64,000 bases of DNA from Strigamia acuminata (taxonomy: Eukaryota). The translations under genes and the position numbers were made by a program. Below the pieces are notes generated by a model that worked only from the letters and a program-made list of their open reading frames with translations, was not told the origin of the DNA and ran no database searches. The DNA lies in assembly GCA_949358305.1 (NCBI GenBank), contig OX442314.1, positions 24,180,001-24,244,000 on the forward strand. The letters run 5' to 3'. Every line of letters begins with the position of its first letter. Positions within the stretch are counted from its first letter, which is position 1. Below, in pieces: positions 13,101 through 28,100 of this stretch.

Positions 13101-16100
13101 TACAGCCGAAAAGATTCATCCCGAGAATGCTACAAAAGAAACAAAATGATTAAATGTTCTAATTACAAAAAAAAAATCTCAAAGTCAAAAAAAAAAAAAA
13201 ATTGGTGTAGTGAATAACTGTCTCAAGACCAGGCACTGGGAGATCCAGCCAGGGCAAAATTCCACACTTAAATGTGTACTAATTCTTCACATATTCCCTG
13301 TCATCTGGGCACTTTATCAAGGTTACAATTTTTCGCTTAAGACTCAAAGGAATCCGAAAAAATAAAAAAAATAAAAAACGTTCAGAAAACCGCTAAAAAT
13401 TGCAATAAATTGCAATAAATTTTTTTACAAATTCAAAAAATTGCAATAAATTTAAAAAAAATTAAAAAATTGCAATAAATTCTAAAAAATCCTAAAAAAA
13501 TACAAAAGAAAAACCGACAAATTGAAAAAAAATTTCAAAATATTAAAAAATTAATCAAAATTTAATCAAAATTAAAAAAAAAAATTCCAGTCATCTACGC
13601 CCGAATCTTGAGGTTTTTCACTGTACATTTGACCAAAAAAAAAAAATATTTAAAAAAAAAAAAAATTTAAAAAAGAAAAAAAATTTAAAAAACACATCAC
13701 ATAAAGAATAAAATAAAAGTAAAAGAAAGAAGTGAAAAGTGTGCCAGCAGCAGAATATGACAAGAGCAGAAGAGAAAAGGAAAGGCCAGTGGGAAAAATT
13801 GAATGGCATTTGCAGTTCATTAGAATTGCATTAGAAATTCATGCAAAAGGAAGTGCATTCATTGTGTGCTATGCCGTGAATAAAACTACCATACAAGCAA
13901 GAACTGGATATGTATACAAAGAAGTCCTTGATTCCAGGGTAGTTGAAGCCTTTCCTTTTTTTTATTTTTACTCCCCCTTGTCCCCAAACAACCAATAAGT
14001 TTAGAAACTTGCAGTATATCAGCCATCCCTGTCATATTCGTCCACATTGACACTGACATTGACAAACTAATAGCATAAAGTCCATTTGCTGATAGCTTAT
14101 CACTACCAACTAATGTTTCATCAATCTTGCTCCTTCTATTCATCTTTCTAGCCCTAAAGAATGTCAGTCAAATTAAATGATGCTTCAATTTTTTTCCAAC
14201 TTAATTTCTTTTCCTTTCAGTATTTGAGATGCTGACTTTCAGCAGTCAAATTTCCTAGTGTTTGATTTTTTACACAGCTATTGGTAATTTCAATACGAAC
14301 TTCTTCAATTTTTACCCATTAATTTTGCTAATTTCTATGACTTTCCAAATTTAGCATATAGCATTTGCCCTAAAGAAAATTCTACAACATAAAAACTTGT
14401 CTCAAGTTCACACGCCATTGTTAATGCCTAAAAGCGTCCATATTTAAACGATCTAAGTGCTTTGTGAAAGCTTTCCAATTTGACATGAGAAGAACTACTT
14501 TATTTAAATGTGGACACTATTCAAAACAGCATTCAGCGAAACATGATTTCCCATCTCGCCTACCATCCGAAAGCGCTCAAACATCTCATGTCGTAGGTTA
14601 TTACGACAGAGTGACGCTCAATCTACTTCAATTCCAGAGCAACCGTCCGGCAAAAGGGAAATCTAGGTCCGGCTCCCGACGAGCTTGATTACAAACAGCA
14701 GAAACTACGGCGGTTAAAGTTTTCAAACCATAGGTCACTGCCACACACCGGCCAACGGCCCCAAAGTTAGCCCTGCCCCCTACCCACCATTAATATGGTG
14801 TGTCCAATATTACGGATATAACCTGTCCCTAGACTTCACTATGTCACGTTCTTTCCAATCAGCTGAAACTTCGGGTTTCAGATGAAACGACGCTCGTTTC
14901 AGGTTTACGTTGGTTTCAGGGCACAGACTTAATTTCCGGTTATCAAATAATATCACCGCTTGATCCCATTCGGTTTCTTTTATATATAACCAACTTACAC
15001 AAACCTTATTTGACAGAATGTGATAATTGAAAGAAAAAAAAAAGCAATGCCGAAAGTGTCACCATGTTAAACGAATGGGATTAAAAATCCTTCGGTATCG
15101 GACGGTTAGACCGAATTTGAGACAAATTTCTACATCTCAAAAGCGTATATTGAGCTGGATAAAATAAACGGAATGAAAACCTTACCTGAATATGAATATA
15201 AACAGTATGAGAAGAGCAAAGAAGACGGCCACATTGTCCATCGTGCGGATCATGACGAACAATTGGCGTCGAAGCGCAGGCATAAAGCGGACCAGTTTGA
15301 GGATACGCAGAAGGCGGAAAGTCCGGAGAACGGAAAGGGCACTGCCCTCGCTGTCTTGTAATAATTCCACTACACTGAAAGTCCAAAGCAAACATGAGCA
15401 ACAACGAAAAAATATGCAAAGTGGATTTTTACCTCAAGATAACGATGACGCCATCGAACACGTTAAAGCCATTGCTGATGTAAACATAGGGACCATCAGC
15501 GATAACTTTTAGAGCCATTTCTATGGCGAAAATCGCAGAGAAAACCACGTTGCTAGTCTCTACGATGCTTGTAAGTTCTTCTGGTTGATTGTGATATTCG
15601 ATCCCCATGCTGAACGTGTTGACTAAGATGGCGACGAGAATTCCCCTTTGGAAATATCTGTGCTCTACAGTGCTTCGGATTACCTCCTGAATCTTTTTCA
15701 GTATTTTCCAAAAGAGCTTTTCTTCTTTATCTTCGTCTGATTCCCATTCGTAAATGTCGGATCCAACCTCGGAGTCGGTCCAGTCGCCGGAGGGACTCCT
15801 ATCCCTCTTGCATGCTTCGCCTTCCGAGAACGGATAGAATAGGAGTTGGGGAGCGGAAAAATGCTTTTCGCCTGAAATTCAATCACAGAAAAGATAGAAA
15901 TGAAAATATCAGTTACAATCAGGGGCACCCTATGGAATTTTTTCCCCCCTTAAACTGTAATCCATCGCTGTGCATTTCACTTAGAATTCAAATACATTGA
16001 GTCCCCTACATACGAACATTCAGAGAAACAAACTGCAAATTATATTACAGCTAGGCAATAAATGTTGTTAACTATAGGCTTGTCCAATTTAATTAATAAA

Positions 16101-19100
16101 AACTAGTACTTTAAAGAAAAAATACCAGGGGGAGGGCTTGACCTTTACCCCCCGGTCTAACTTAGCAAAATATTCAATTTTGCGGCAGTGCATAACTTAG
16201 TTCGTGTGTCTTGCAGTCTTGAGCTTTTCAAACATTAACAATTTTGTTTAATATTAAGTTCTAATAAAAAGATAAGATTATAAATGTTTTCTTAAATTAG
16301 GATTAACAATTTTTCCACCTGTTCTGGACTTACGAACAATTCTGCTTGCGAACAATCGTATGTAGAGGACTTCATGCTCTGTATGTAACTTGATGCTAAA
16401 TTCAAACTGCGCATCCCGATCTGCACTGACAGTTCATATTGTACAAACGTGGTTCAAATTGTACTTTATATATTTTTTTATTGCTTTTCTTCTTTTATTT
16501 TCTTAGAATTAGCAATATTAAGCCTAGTAAATTAGGCCTAATACTGATATAACAACAAGATATCTACGAGAATCCAGTGAACAGAACGGAATATTCAGTT
16601 TGAATTTAGCATCAAGATACCGGGTACAAACTATAGAAACCGCTTCACTTACTATGGTCATGAATTTCACTGGAGGCTTTTTCAGCACATGAAAAACTAA
16701 ATTTATTTTCAACCTTTGTCAACGTATAAATCTCCATATTTTATTTTACACATTCAGGAAAATCAGAAAAAAAAAGAAAGTGCTTAACTGTATTTATTGG
16801 CTTAAACATGGAGACATCACTGCGCATGCTCAGACAATATTTACGAGCATGTTTTTTTGACACAGCAACTTCTAACAAACGCCACTAAAGAGCTTCCGTT
16901 AAAATAAAGCGCCATATTTGCTGTCCACGTGATCTGCAACCTCAAGTATGCTCACGTTCGAATCTATCCACCCTTAAGCTCGTGTCCATGCTTTATGATT
17001 CCCCATATTATTATATCTGATCCTCCCTATTATTAGTTCTAATTCTCCCTATTATTATATTTGATTCTTTCTATTATTATATTTGATTCCCTCTATTATT
17101 TTCAATGGCGCTATAAAATCCTATAAGCATTTGTAGCTTCTTCAGTAAAACTAAATGGGGTGTCCTCTTTAAGCTGTATCGCTGGATGTTAGTAAACAAC
17201 GTTGTGAGCTGCAATAACTTTACGCTTCATTTACGTTTCTGCATGAAAAACGCCATTGCAAAGTGCTTTCTGAAACAAACAAACATACAACTGCTGTCAT
17301 TACAAACAGGCAAATATGTAAGTGTTCGCATTCTCCTAATTGTACCGTTAAGTTCCACGAGTTTTATGCCAGAGGTAAGTATTTACAAAAAAGGCCATGT
17401 TTGGATGCTATAAACAAAGCTTCATCTACTATTTTATCTTCAGCGAATCTAAATTGTTTCGCTAAGCAAATGGTCAAAGTGGATTCTAAAGCTCAAAGCT
17501 GTTTCGCATTGAATTTACGGTACAGTCTTTATAACAAATCGCGATATAACGAATTTTTTGTTATAACGAATACTTAAAAATGGCTTGGTTGGTTGGTTGG
17601 CCATGGAACGCCATGTTAAAAAAATTTGATATAACGAACTTTCGTTGCAACGAATCGATTTTTCGGGTCCCTTGTGATTCGTTATAAAGAGTTTCGACTG
17701 TAACACTAAAACCGACAAAAACAAAAACAAAAAAACATCGGATATGCTAACGTTTTTTCTCTATCGGTACCGGAAAATTTAAAACTCTTCACACTCTGAA
17801 AACTCAATTTTCCAATCTTTTTTACTAATCTATTTTGATCAACTCTCTATACTCGTCATTTGTCAGAAATTCAATTTTCTATTCCCTCATGACTGACAGT
17901 TTTAAAATTGAGCTAGCGGGAGGTATTTTATAAACCCACCAATACAAAAAAAAAGTGATTTATATAATAATATAAAAAAAATAGCAATTTTGTCTAAATT
18001 TGTTTCCTTTCAGCAGTAATTTATTTTTTTAAACACCCAAAACAGTCATGACTGATTTCTTGCAGCCACAAATCACGCCAACCGGTTTTAAGATTTGAAA
18101 ACAGAATGCTTTTAGCAACATAATGAAACCAAACCACTTTTCCAGTCAATTGAGTAATTGGTAAAACCAATAGTCAGCCAATTGGGTGCTTAAATTGCAA
18201 GTTACTGACATGAAAAAGCTGGCCTTGTAGATACGTATTCAGCACTACACTCAAGGGGCGTATCATCTTTTAGATTTATTTACTACTGTAGTCTATAAAA
18301 ATAATAAAGAAAAGAAAGAAAAAAAAATTACCCATACATTTTCGCACTCTTTTCTTAATCCAAAATATCTGACTTTTATTGGCTATAAAAATTTGAACAC
18401 AGAATTCAAGCCATCATTATTGATTTTGTTGCATCACATTCGGTGATTTGAAAATGTCGCAGATGCCATCAACGCATCTACTTTATGTGTAAATAAACAA
18501 TGAATTTCGTGGGTTACTGACTTATAGCGAGATCAAATCAGATTTTATCTTCAAAGATACAGGATTTTGGCTAAAAATAAAAACAGTATCCAAGCATACT
18601 ACCCGAGGTCAACCCCGTTTCATAAATTACTGTACGGCACAATGGAAAAAGCATGTTCTATTTCTGCTGTTCACATTGTCAATCTGCTAGTAAAGCCCGA
18701 GCTTATTATGGGGAAACGGACAGCTTAAAGAGAAACACCAAGTTACCATATCCTGCAACTACAACACACGTTTAGGATGAGCGCTACCTAAAGTAGCACG
18801 CACACACTAGATCCAAATTAGTGCTCTTCCCTTTATCTATCATAAAACTCTATTTAAACCGAGTGTTATCATATATCATCTAGACTGGGAAGTGGGAACG
18901 GAGTTAATTTTTATATATACTACTCCGTGAGACTGGGCATTTGTCAGAGAATAAAGGTAAATCTTTATTATCGTGTAAACTCAACTATATACATACTCTA
19001 TCATAACCCTACTCCACTAGTTGAATAGAAAAAAAGTCACGTTTTGTTTTCTCAGTCTAGAGGGAGGTAATCATGGTCCCAAACCCATGGGTCAGTGCCC

Positions 19101-22100
19101 GATGCCCAGTCTAGAGCAGAGCTTCTTTAACCTTTTCCACTCATGACCCCTATTTGCTTGGGGAATTTTTACGCAATCCCGGATATATAAGCTTAGATAT
19201 TACGTAGTAAATCTAAAAAATACACAAGGTGCATTCAGTAACTCATAAACGGTCGTTTAAACCCGTTTAAACAAACTTTTAAACGAGATTCTTGTTTAAA
19301 AGCTCGTTTAAATGGGTTTAAACAGGCTGAAAATAAACGACCTAAATAGGTTGTTTAAATCTTCGTGTAACAAGTTTTTCGTTTAAATCGGGTCTTGTTG
19401 GCAGCCATCTTGGATTTCCGTTAGATCAGTCAAACCATCTCAATTTTGTAACAGGTATTGTTTGTTTAGAGTAAACAACAATAATGATCATCACTATGTT
19501 TATTATTTGGGCTGGAAACAATAGAAAAAAAGCGAGAAAAGCAAAATCTCAAAAAAAAAATACCCAAATACGACTTGCAGTGGGGATATGACATAGAACT
19601 TGATCTGGAATCCAAGATCAAGTTTGGCAGTTAAACAATCTTTTATTTCCCAAATAAACGATTGCATTCGGAAACAAAACATTTCGTCTAAAAATCCGTG
19701 CGAAAGAAAATTTAGACGAGAAGTTATTGAATGCGCCTACTTATTATCTCTTTATGTACAATAAATATACATACAACTGTGACAAAGGGGCTCCCGATGG
19801 GAGTCTAAACAACTGCTTATTTTGCTTATACGTAAATCCGGCCCTGGCCCTGCTCTAGAAAAAGTTTACCATAATAAAATGTAACAAAACATTCATGTCC
19901 GCCTCGTTACCATATTTCTAGTTAGAATAAACCTGTAAAATCAATTTATAAATGTTTTTGTTTTTGCTCGGTGCAGCGACTACAATGAAAAATCGGTCTC
20001 CCACCTCTGGTCTAGACAACTGCAAAATCGCAGAGACATTATCTTGTCCAAAAAGAAATGTGCGGTTTGGATTTGTCATCACAATTCCAAGCACAGACTC
20101 GAATGTGCGGTGAACTAATAAAGCCCTTATATCCCAGCATTAAACCTAAATAATGCGTCCAATTTCACACTATTGTGCAATGCCTCCCAAGCCCCCAGCG
20201 AAGCTCTTGGGTGGAGTGACCAACTGAAATCACCATTAATCACGAGCATCTACCTTTGGTGATGTCGTAGCCAGTTGCCAGGCTGGCTGCCAACACGGCT
20301 CCTTGGGCACCACCGATGGCCAATAATTCTTGGCAAGTAAATTGCGAAGAACGCCGACTGGTGGGCGTGGGAACACGAAGATGGTGCGGCGATTGTGGTT
20401 CGGCAACTTTGCCAAGCAGGTTGGTCCCCAGGAAGGGTTGTGGATGTCGAGGAGATGCCAAAGGGTCGATGTCCGACACTTCCGGACTGGCGCGCGGAGC
20501 CACGGGGCTCGTGCATAAGGGAGGAACAGCAACAAGGGCAGATGGCACGGGTGACGAGGAGACTTGTTCGATGCTCCCGGTTGATGGTTCGGTGATTGCG
20601 ATGCTGAGCTTGGGTTGTATCACAGGGGGCAATTCGTCTTTTTTAGTTCTACGTCTATTTCGGCTTTTTTTTCTTCGAAGGGAGATCGTTTTGGGCAGCT
20701 CCTTTTCGGGTTGCTTGCGCACGCGTCGGTAGTGGATCATGACTTTTCTCCTTGCCCGCCGCCACAAATGGGCGATGTATTTGATGATCTCGGTGTAGCA
20801 GCTGTTCGGTTCCGACATACTGTTACTCGCGAGCGTGCTTGTCGATTGGTAACGGGCCCTCTCCATGCGCATGCGTTCCATCTCTCGTTTTTTGGTCTCG
20901 GAAAATTGGGTTGCTATGACAACAAGGCAGAGGTTGATCATGAAAAAAGATCCAATCTAGTTTTACGGAGAAAAATAAATAAAAGAACGAGAAAAATGTC
21001 AATATCTTGTTACTTTCTGTGTGCCTCAAGCACCGTTATTATTATTTTCTTTTTTTTTATTATAGGTTAGTTGAAAAGGAGATAAGAAACAGACGTGAAA
21101 TAAGACATAAATTTCGAGAATTCTCTCAACGATGAATGAAACTGATTAAATTGCAATTTAGCGATTGTTTTTCATATCTTCGGCGAAGTCCCGAGGTTCG
21201 AAGCGGGAGGAGAACTGATGTTGCGTAGCGGGGGATCACTGGAGATTTATGCACACATTAAACCGGTGTTGACAACTAATTTATTACGTAAGTAGACGTC
21301 GTTATAATGAATGGCGGCCACGTGCAGCTGTGACGTGTGACGACGCCCTCGGTCACCCCTGAGAAAAGGGACAGTGCACCCCCAACGCTATCTCCAATTC
21401 GACCCGTTTCGTGAATATCCTAAAATCGATTGGAATCGATTTCACTTAAAAATTCATTCAATAATTACCAAGTCAGTTTCCATTTTGTGCTAAAACCGCA
21501 ATAAAAATCAATGAACAACCAATTACAAGCATTTATTTTATAAAACCCATGTGGCTCAAAAATACAATTATATTGCTATATATTTTGGAATTCATTAAGT
21601 GAAAAGTAAAATATTGTAAAATATATTTTTGGACCACATATGGGCACCCGAGTTGCAAAATAATTTGCGTTTTGTAATTTCTGGTGAAAACGGAAATTCA
21701 TTTGTTGCTGCGTTCTCTTACACTTGTGCTGCCTATAGTGCGAACATGTGTGAACCGAGGGTTATGATTTATGCTTATTTCAACTTTAACCTCTTATCTC
21801 GAATTAAGCTTATGTAAATCGCATTTAAAATCTTTTTCAACGTCTAATAACATGCAGAAGTGACTTGTTGGAATGTTAATGACCTTTCCACAATACTCTT
21901 AGCATAATTGAGACAACTGTAACCACTTAATCACTTTTACAACATCCGCTCTTACACTAGACCTTTAAAAGTTCGCACGTCCTTTGTGTTGAAGACAATT
22001 TTTTGTGCAGAACATTTAAAAGTAAAAACCTCATAATTCAAAGCAATCACTGCCACATAGCGACTTGGCTTCGCAATTGGCCGCCATTACTCCGCTCAGC

Positions 22101-25100
22101 TGTTGGTGCCGCCATTACCATACAAATCCCAAACATTTCGCTTTGTCGTCATTAATTAAATTAAAACAATGCAGATAAATTATGAATGGAATTTTAATTT
22201 TCTTTTTTTTTTAAAAAATTTCATTCCAGTTCCTCTTCAAGAATTAGTTGTATTGTATGGGAGCCAAGTTTTATCTTGTCATTGGCTGTAATTTAAACCG
22301 CGATCCAATTTAAATTGCGGGATGATAATAGGTCACTGGCGACACAATCCGGAAATGAGTTAAATAATACCCAATTGCGTAACTGCGCATTTGAATCGCG
22401 CCGTGCCGTGCGGTTCGCGAGTCGCGACTAGCGCGTCATCGCATCGCTTGATTCTCCGTCTCCAGGGTTGAGGTACGCTCATTTCATTATTCTCCCCGTC
22501 TCATTTATCACTTGTCACCATCATCATAACTCAAAGAAAAACAATCTACATACCACTATTAAAAGTACAAAATAAATCCAATCCCAGAAAGAGTGAGCAT
22601 CTTGTACATAGTACATAATATCCGTCCACCCTTCTAGACTGATGACCTAAAATCACAAAAAAAAATATATTAACATTTCAATCAAATAGATGCATTCCAA
22701 GTTTCTGTTTCAGCTGTTTTTAGGGTTTCCATAAACAGAATAGACTTCAAAAACGGCCATGAATAATCATCATAAACAGCAAAAACAGAATTCCACAACT
22801 GGAATGGTTTTTGATATCGTTTACACCTGGTTTTGGTTTTTACAAACAAATTAAAAATGGCTGTCCCGCGAGTTAGATCGAGATCAAACTTCCACTTGTT
22901 AGGTTGCTTACAGGCGAAGCATGCACCACCGAAAAACGGGAGTAAAAGCATGCAGTGTACTTTGTAGTCTATACTGACCAAACAGTGCTCGTCCGAACAT
23001 GTGCGCATAAATTAACTGGCGAGTAAGGCCCGGATAAATGCATAAATGCGTAGGAATTATTTTTATTCAATAAAAAGCTGAAATTGGCAATAAATGCATA
23101 TTTTCCAAAAATCAGAAATAAATGCGTAAATCGCCATTCTTCGGGAAAAAAATGGCGATTTGTGTCTTTTTTTAACGATACGTAACATGTACTTATCAAT
23201 TTTTGGACAGCCTGTTAGGCCAGACAACTTTCTGGGACTCGTTCAATGTCCAGGCTAAACAGAGTACACCATAATCAAATTCATTCATTATACAAAAATA
23301 AAAATAAATTTCATTGCCATTTAGGTGTAAAACCCAAAACTAGACTATAAACACGAAATAATGTCACTAAAAACGAGTTTCTGCTTTATATGTAAAGCAG
23401 AAACTTTAAAAGCACCCAACAATCCCCGTTTGACTTACTAGGAAAATGGCTACCCAGGCTAAGCCTATATTATCAAAAGAAATTGCTCCCTGAAAAGGAT
23501 TCTTGTCTCCGGGTCTGCACTTGGTATAATACTGGTGCCAATTGACGCAAGAACCATTGGTGGGTGTATTATTGCTAAAGGGCAGAGCTGTAGCGTTGCA
23601 TATCATTGCCTTCTGCTTCATGGGAGGTAACACACGGCACGTGTGTAGCCCACTGTCTTTCGGTAAGCTACAGATGTAGTCCTTCTCGGCTTCGTACACT
23701 TTATAATACGAAGATAAAGGCCTATAAAAAAAAAACACATTATGAGTCATTCCTGCTGAAAGAACCTCCAAACTGTTGCTTTAATAGACGTTAAATGATT
23801 TCTGCTATTCTGTATTGATCGTGTTGGGTTCGTGTCGTAAGAAATGCATTTTCTTTTCGTTGCTAGGTTTCCAAATGCTGGAATTTCACGTTATGTGACA
23901 ATTACACGATTATTAATCGATAATCAACTCCCAATTGGCATCGGAGCTGTCACAAATTCCAAATGTGAAGTGTGTACAAGGAAAAGAAATGCATTCATTT
24001 TCTTGCCGACATTACAAAGAGGTTTTTTTTTCCAGCGCATATCGTTCTTTATAGTTGACAGTTTGAGGGGGGAAAATGTTCATTTCGACAATATCTTTAT
24101 GTAAAGTCTTTTTTTTTTATATTTGCAGCTTTAAGTTGACCTGTTGAATCAGTTTTAAGCTTTATTTCAGAAATCTTTTTCCTAAATTGAATTTTGAAGA
24201 AAAAAAAAATAAAAAAAATCATAATGATTTGGGAATGGGAATTATGAGTGCACACGACCCTAAATCCTATGCAATTTCGTGCGGTTCGCGAAAGGAATCG
24301 ATAGATTGGATGACTGTAAATGGATTTTACGGTAAATGTTTTCGGGTCTATAAACTCGGAATGAGAAATTGAGCTGGGAATAATGCGGCATTGCAAATTC
24401 AATGTAAAGCAAACTATTTTACTTAAGTAAAATCATTTTTGTCAAACCCAGAATGGACCACACAAATTTAAGCAGCATTGGGCCTGGTCAATAATTGAAT
24501 GAGTGACCTACTGTATAAATCCCAGTTGTTTCCCACCCTTCACTGATTTAAAGTGCTGTTTCTATGGCAAGAACATCTGCTACCCACATTCCAACATGGT
24601 TTTCTGTGGTTCGCCCATTCCCGATGCAAATGCAAGATTGGGTCCTCGAGAAAATCATCCCACAGAACGCCCCTTGCAAAGCCTAATGCTATGGACAGAC
24701 ATAGCAGTTTGGCGCATTCAATTAAGAATTAACGCTACTTGTTAACCATGATATAGTGTTCTTGAATGTAATTCTTGCTACAAGATAGCAAAAGAATTAA
24801 CACAAGATTCTAGGTACATTCCATCGAACATGTTTCATCGACGTACATTTCATCATGAACCAAGGATAACATGTTCAGAGCGCCACATAATATATAGCCA
24901 CACTGTATTCTGAGATGACAACAAGTAACAAACATGCTTACAAGGAGACCGCAGGAGTGTGTAATTCACAATTGTTAAAATTATTGTTAAATAAAGTATT
25001 CACATGGACCTGAGCAATGTTTCTTTCAAATATTTCTTTCGGCATTTTTTGACTTTACTTCTAATTTTCAATTAGAGCTCACTTTCTTTCTATATAATTT

Positions 25101-28100
25101 TTATTCCACTTGTAGATCATCCCCGACTTAATGATTGTCACATAGATTAGGATTTTCGGGCTTAACTTCTACAGGGAGTTTAGAGATTAACTTGTCCTTG
25201 GACAAGAACTTATTGTGTACCACTGTATGAAGCTGAAGCAGTTACGACAGCCATACTACTTTTATTGGATCAATAAATCCAAACCAACAAAATGAAAATC
25301 TTTGGAATAAAAGCCCAATTCTGCGTTTACTGAAAATTTAAAACTCATGAATTTTAAATCCACCTGTCTGCTAAACTTCGCCAAATTGCATTAGCATAGT
25401 GATTCAAGCGTAGCTATTTGAAAATTGCAATTTATGATTTTAATTTTAATCTTTATTAACTATTACTAAAAACTCCATACTTTAATTCATTTACAATCTG
25501 TGCATTTCCCAGTACTACGGAAACATAAGTGTTTTAATATTTAAATTCTGCTCCTTGGCAATGCATTATTCAGTTTTAATAGTCATCGCAGTGGTCTTAT
25601 TTTAATGAGTTAAGCAGTGGTTTCAATGTCAATGTTAAAGTGGTGATTGAACGGTTGAGACTTGTGCATTCACTTACCCAAGACACCATTAAAAATTAAA
25701 CTTCCTTTGTAAATCACCAAGCTAAGAGCTGTATGTCACTCTACCTCGTGCCAAAATAAACAATTACAAAAGTCACAAACCATTAGTGAAATACATCTTG
25801 CTTTGAGAATAAAAATGGTAGAATGTAGTTTCCTTTTCCCTGACAGTTTTTTCTTGAAACTAAACACCATTTAGTGGCATTTGCACAACTTAATTGGCAG
25901 ATAGAATAAGTTAAGTTACACACAATTTTAAGTTACATAACAAAATCCATCATTCTCTCTCTATCCTTTTTCCACTTTAAATTTTTTTTCCAGAATGTTA
26001 CTTGGGCCAAGGCTTTAATTCAATTGAATTTTAAAAAAAAATAAACTCCCACACTACTCTCAGTCCATTAGATTAAATTTAACCTTCCTACAGCCAGGGG
26101 TAGATAAAAAAAATTAGAAAATCTAACGAACTCTTTTTCCCCCTGAAAATTAATTAAGGGAACCAACTTTTTTACCTCAAAAATTATTTTTCTTATTTTT
26201 TAATGACTAATTACAAACAGTTTTTCAATTGTTAATGAGGTAATTTAATATTTTTAACATTGTTAACACCAATAAATGGTGCGCCCTACACCATTTTGCC
26301 ACCTTTTTGCGCTAGGCGGCGTATTGAAATCAGTCTTAAAACGAGTTGGTGCCAAGAAAAATTAGAAAACTGAGATTGCACACACGCAAATACACAATCA
26401 AAAATAGCAAAAATGACCGACCGTAGCAATGTATTGTAACCATGATTTTGAGAAAGTTAAATATAGGTTAGGTTAGGACTCGCGTTACCAAGTTTAAGAC
26501 CAAACTTCTCTGTACAGAGGCGCGTAAACTGAAGTATTGTTTACAGCACAAGAAAGAAAGAAAGAAAGATACCAACAAGTTCAGATATCAGAACGTTTGG
26601 TATTGAGCAGTAAGAAAATCCATACGAGTCAACCAATAGAAAAATGAGAGATTGTGCCATTGTACAATTTAATCAATGAAAACTCAAACAAAATGGATGA
26701 CAGAGTAAGAGAAAATTAATAATCAATTTTGATTGGCAGTCACCAGAGAACATTCTTGCACAATGTGAACTGCATGCTTGCTTTCTTGCTTTCAAGCACA
26801 CTGTAACAGAAGCTAGTCCCTCTATTTCGAGAAATACAACAACTGTTTAGTCTTATTTCTACACATTTAAAAGTAGCTACAACAATCGGACGTTACAAAC
26901 CACTGAACACACATCTAAAGCTAGGTTCACACCAGACGCAATGCAAGGAAACTGACGCAATGCAAGCTGCTTGCGTCCAAAAATTCTTGACGTTGACGCC
27001 AATTACTGCTTCAACTCCAAGTTGAAGAAAGCGACAACGCAAAGAAAGGTCTTCCGGCCAACCAATCACGATCGACTCCAACTCTTATTGATTCACGTCT
27101 GGTTGGTGAGACTTTGCCACATGCAAATGCAAACAGGCCGCCATTTTCGGATTCTGGGACCAGTTCTAGAACTACATCCAATTCCAGGTTTCATTGAAAC
27201 CATCTGATTGACCAGACGCAACATCAATTGTTTCAGCTCTGTTCACACGTGCCCTGCAGTGTGAACAGACTCTGCGTTGTGTTTGACTAATTTTTCCTTG
27301 CATTGCGTCTAGTGTGAACACAAGTGAACACAAGCTTAAAAGTCTAGCCACAACTCGATTGCAAACGTCCACAAACATCAAAGTTTTCAATTGTAATAAA
27401 TCACCAGATACATAACATGTTCAATAAAGTAACATCACAACATGGCACCAGTTAAGCCCATGTTAAATTGATTCAATGCTGCTATTGATTCGAATACAGC
27501 ACAGCCACACCATGTCTAACAAATTGAAGTTAGCAGACTGATAAATGATGAGCACATGCTGCACGTGTTACTTATTTTGCGTTCTTAGAAAATTTGTATC
27601 CTATCGTTCATCTAAACGCATTAGGTGCATTCAATCTGCACTTTGAAAAGTGAATTCTTTATCTTTTGGCTGGCGGATATGACGTTTTTATGTCATCACT
27701 TTCGAATGTACTGATCTAAAAGATAATTAGATAACAAAGACGAGAGTTGGTCGCTCTTCTTACTCACAGATGTGTTGTCTTAAGGCAGAATTGCACATAC
27801 TGATTCCGAATACGCATTCAATTTAAAAGATAAAATATGCTTGTCTATCTCTAAAAATACTCTAATATCAACTTTAATTTATTAAATAAATTTGCCAAGA
27901 ATGTTTGCACTGGAGGGTTTTGGGAATTTCAAAATGCAGCCATTACATTGCAACATTCCTGAAAGACACGTTTTAAATTTCATAGCAAAAAAAAAAATGT
28001 TGTCAGACCGATCCAACTTCAAAATGGCACATGGATGTAATTTCACAAGATGAAATGTTACTACTTCAAGTTGTGTTGCATTTTGAAGGTAACCAGATAC

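Noticed and set aside
8554..13129. Exons 12a/12b as an assembly duplication or pseudo-exon
   Set aside because: They differ in length and sequence, both have intact frames and splice sites, and they match the known 12a/12b cysteine patterns.
13886..14350. Possible decayed TE coding sequence upstream of exon 12a
   Set aside because: Many stops and no motif I could assign.
18746..18751. 6-nt microexon (TTGCAG|GATATG|GTAAC, minus strand) in the I-II linker intron
   Set aside because: Frame-compatible, but too short to distinguish from chance without transcript data.
20316..21070. Plus-strand ORFs of 138 and 151 aa
   Set aside because: Antisense shadows of the GC-rich Cav3 I-II linker exon.
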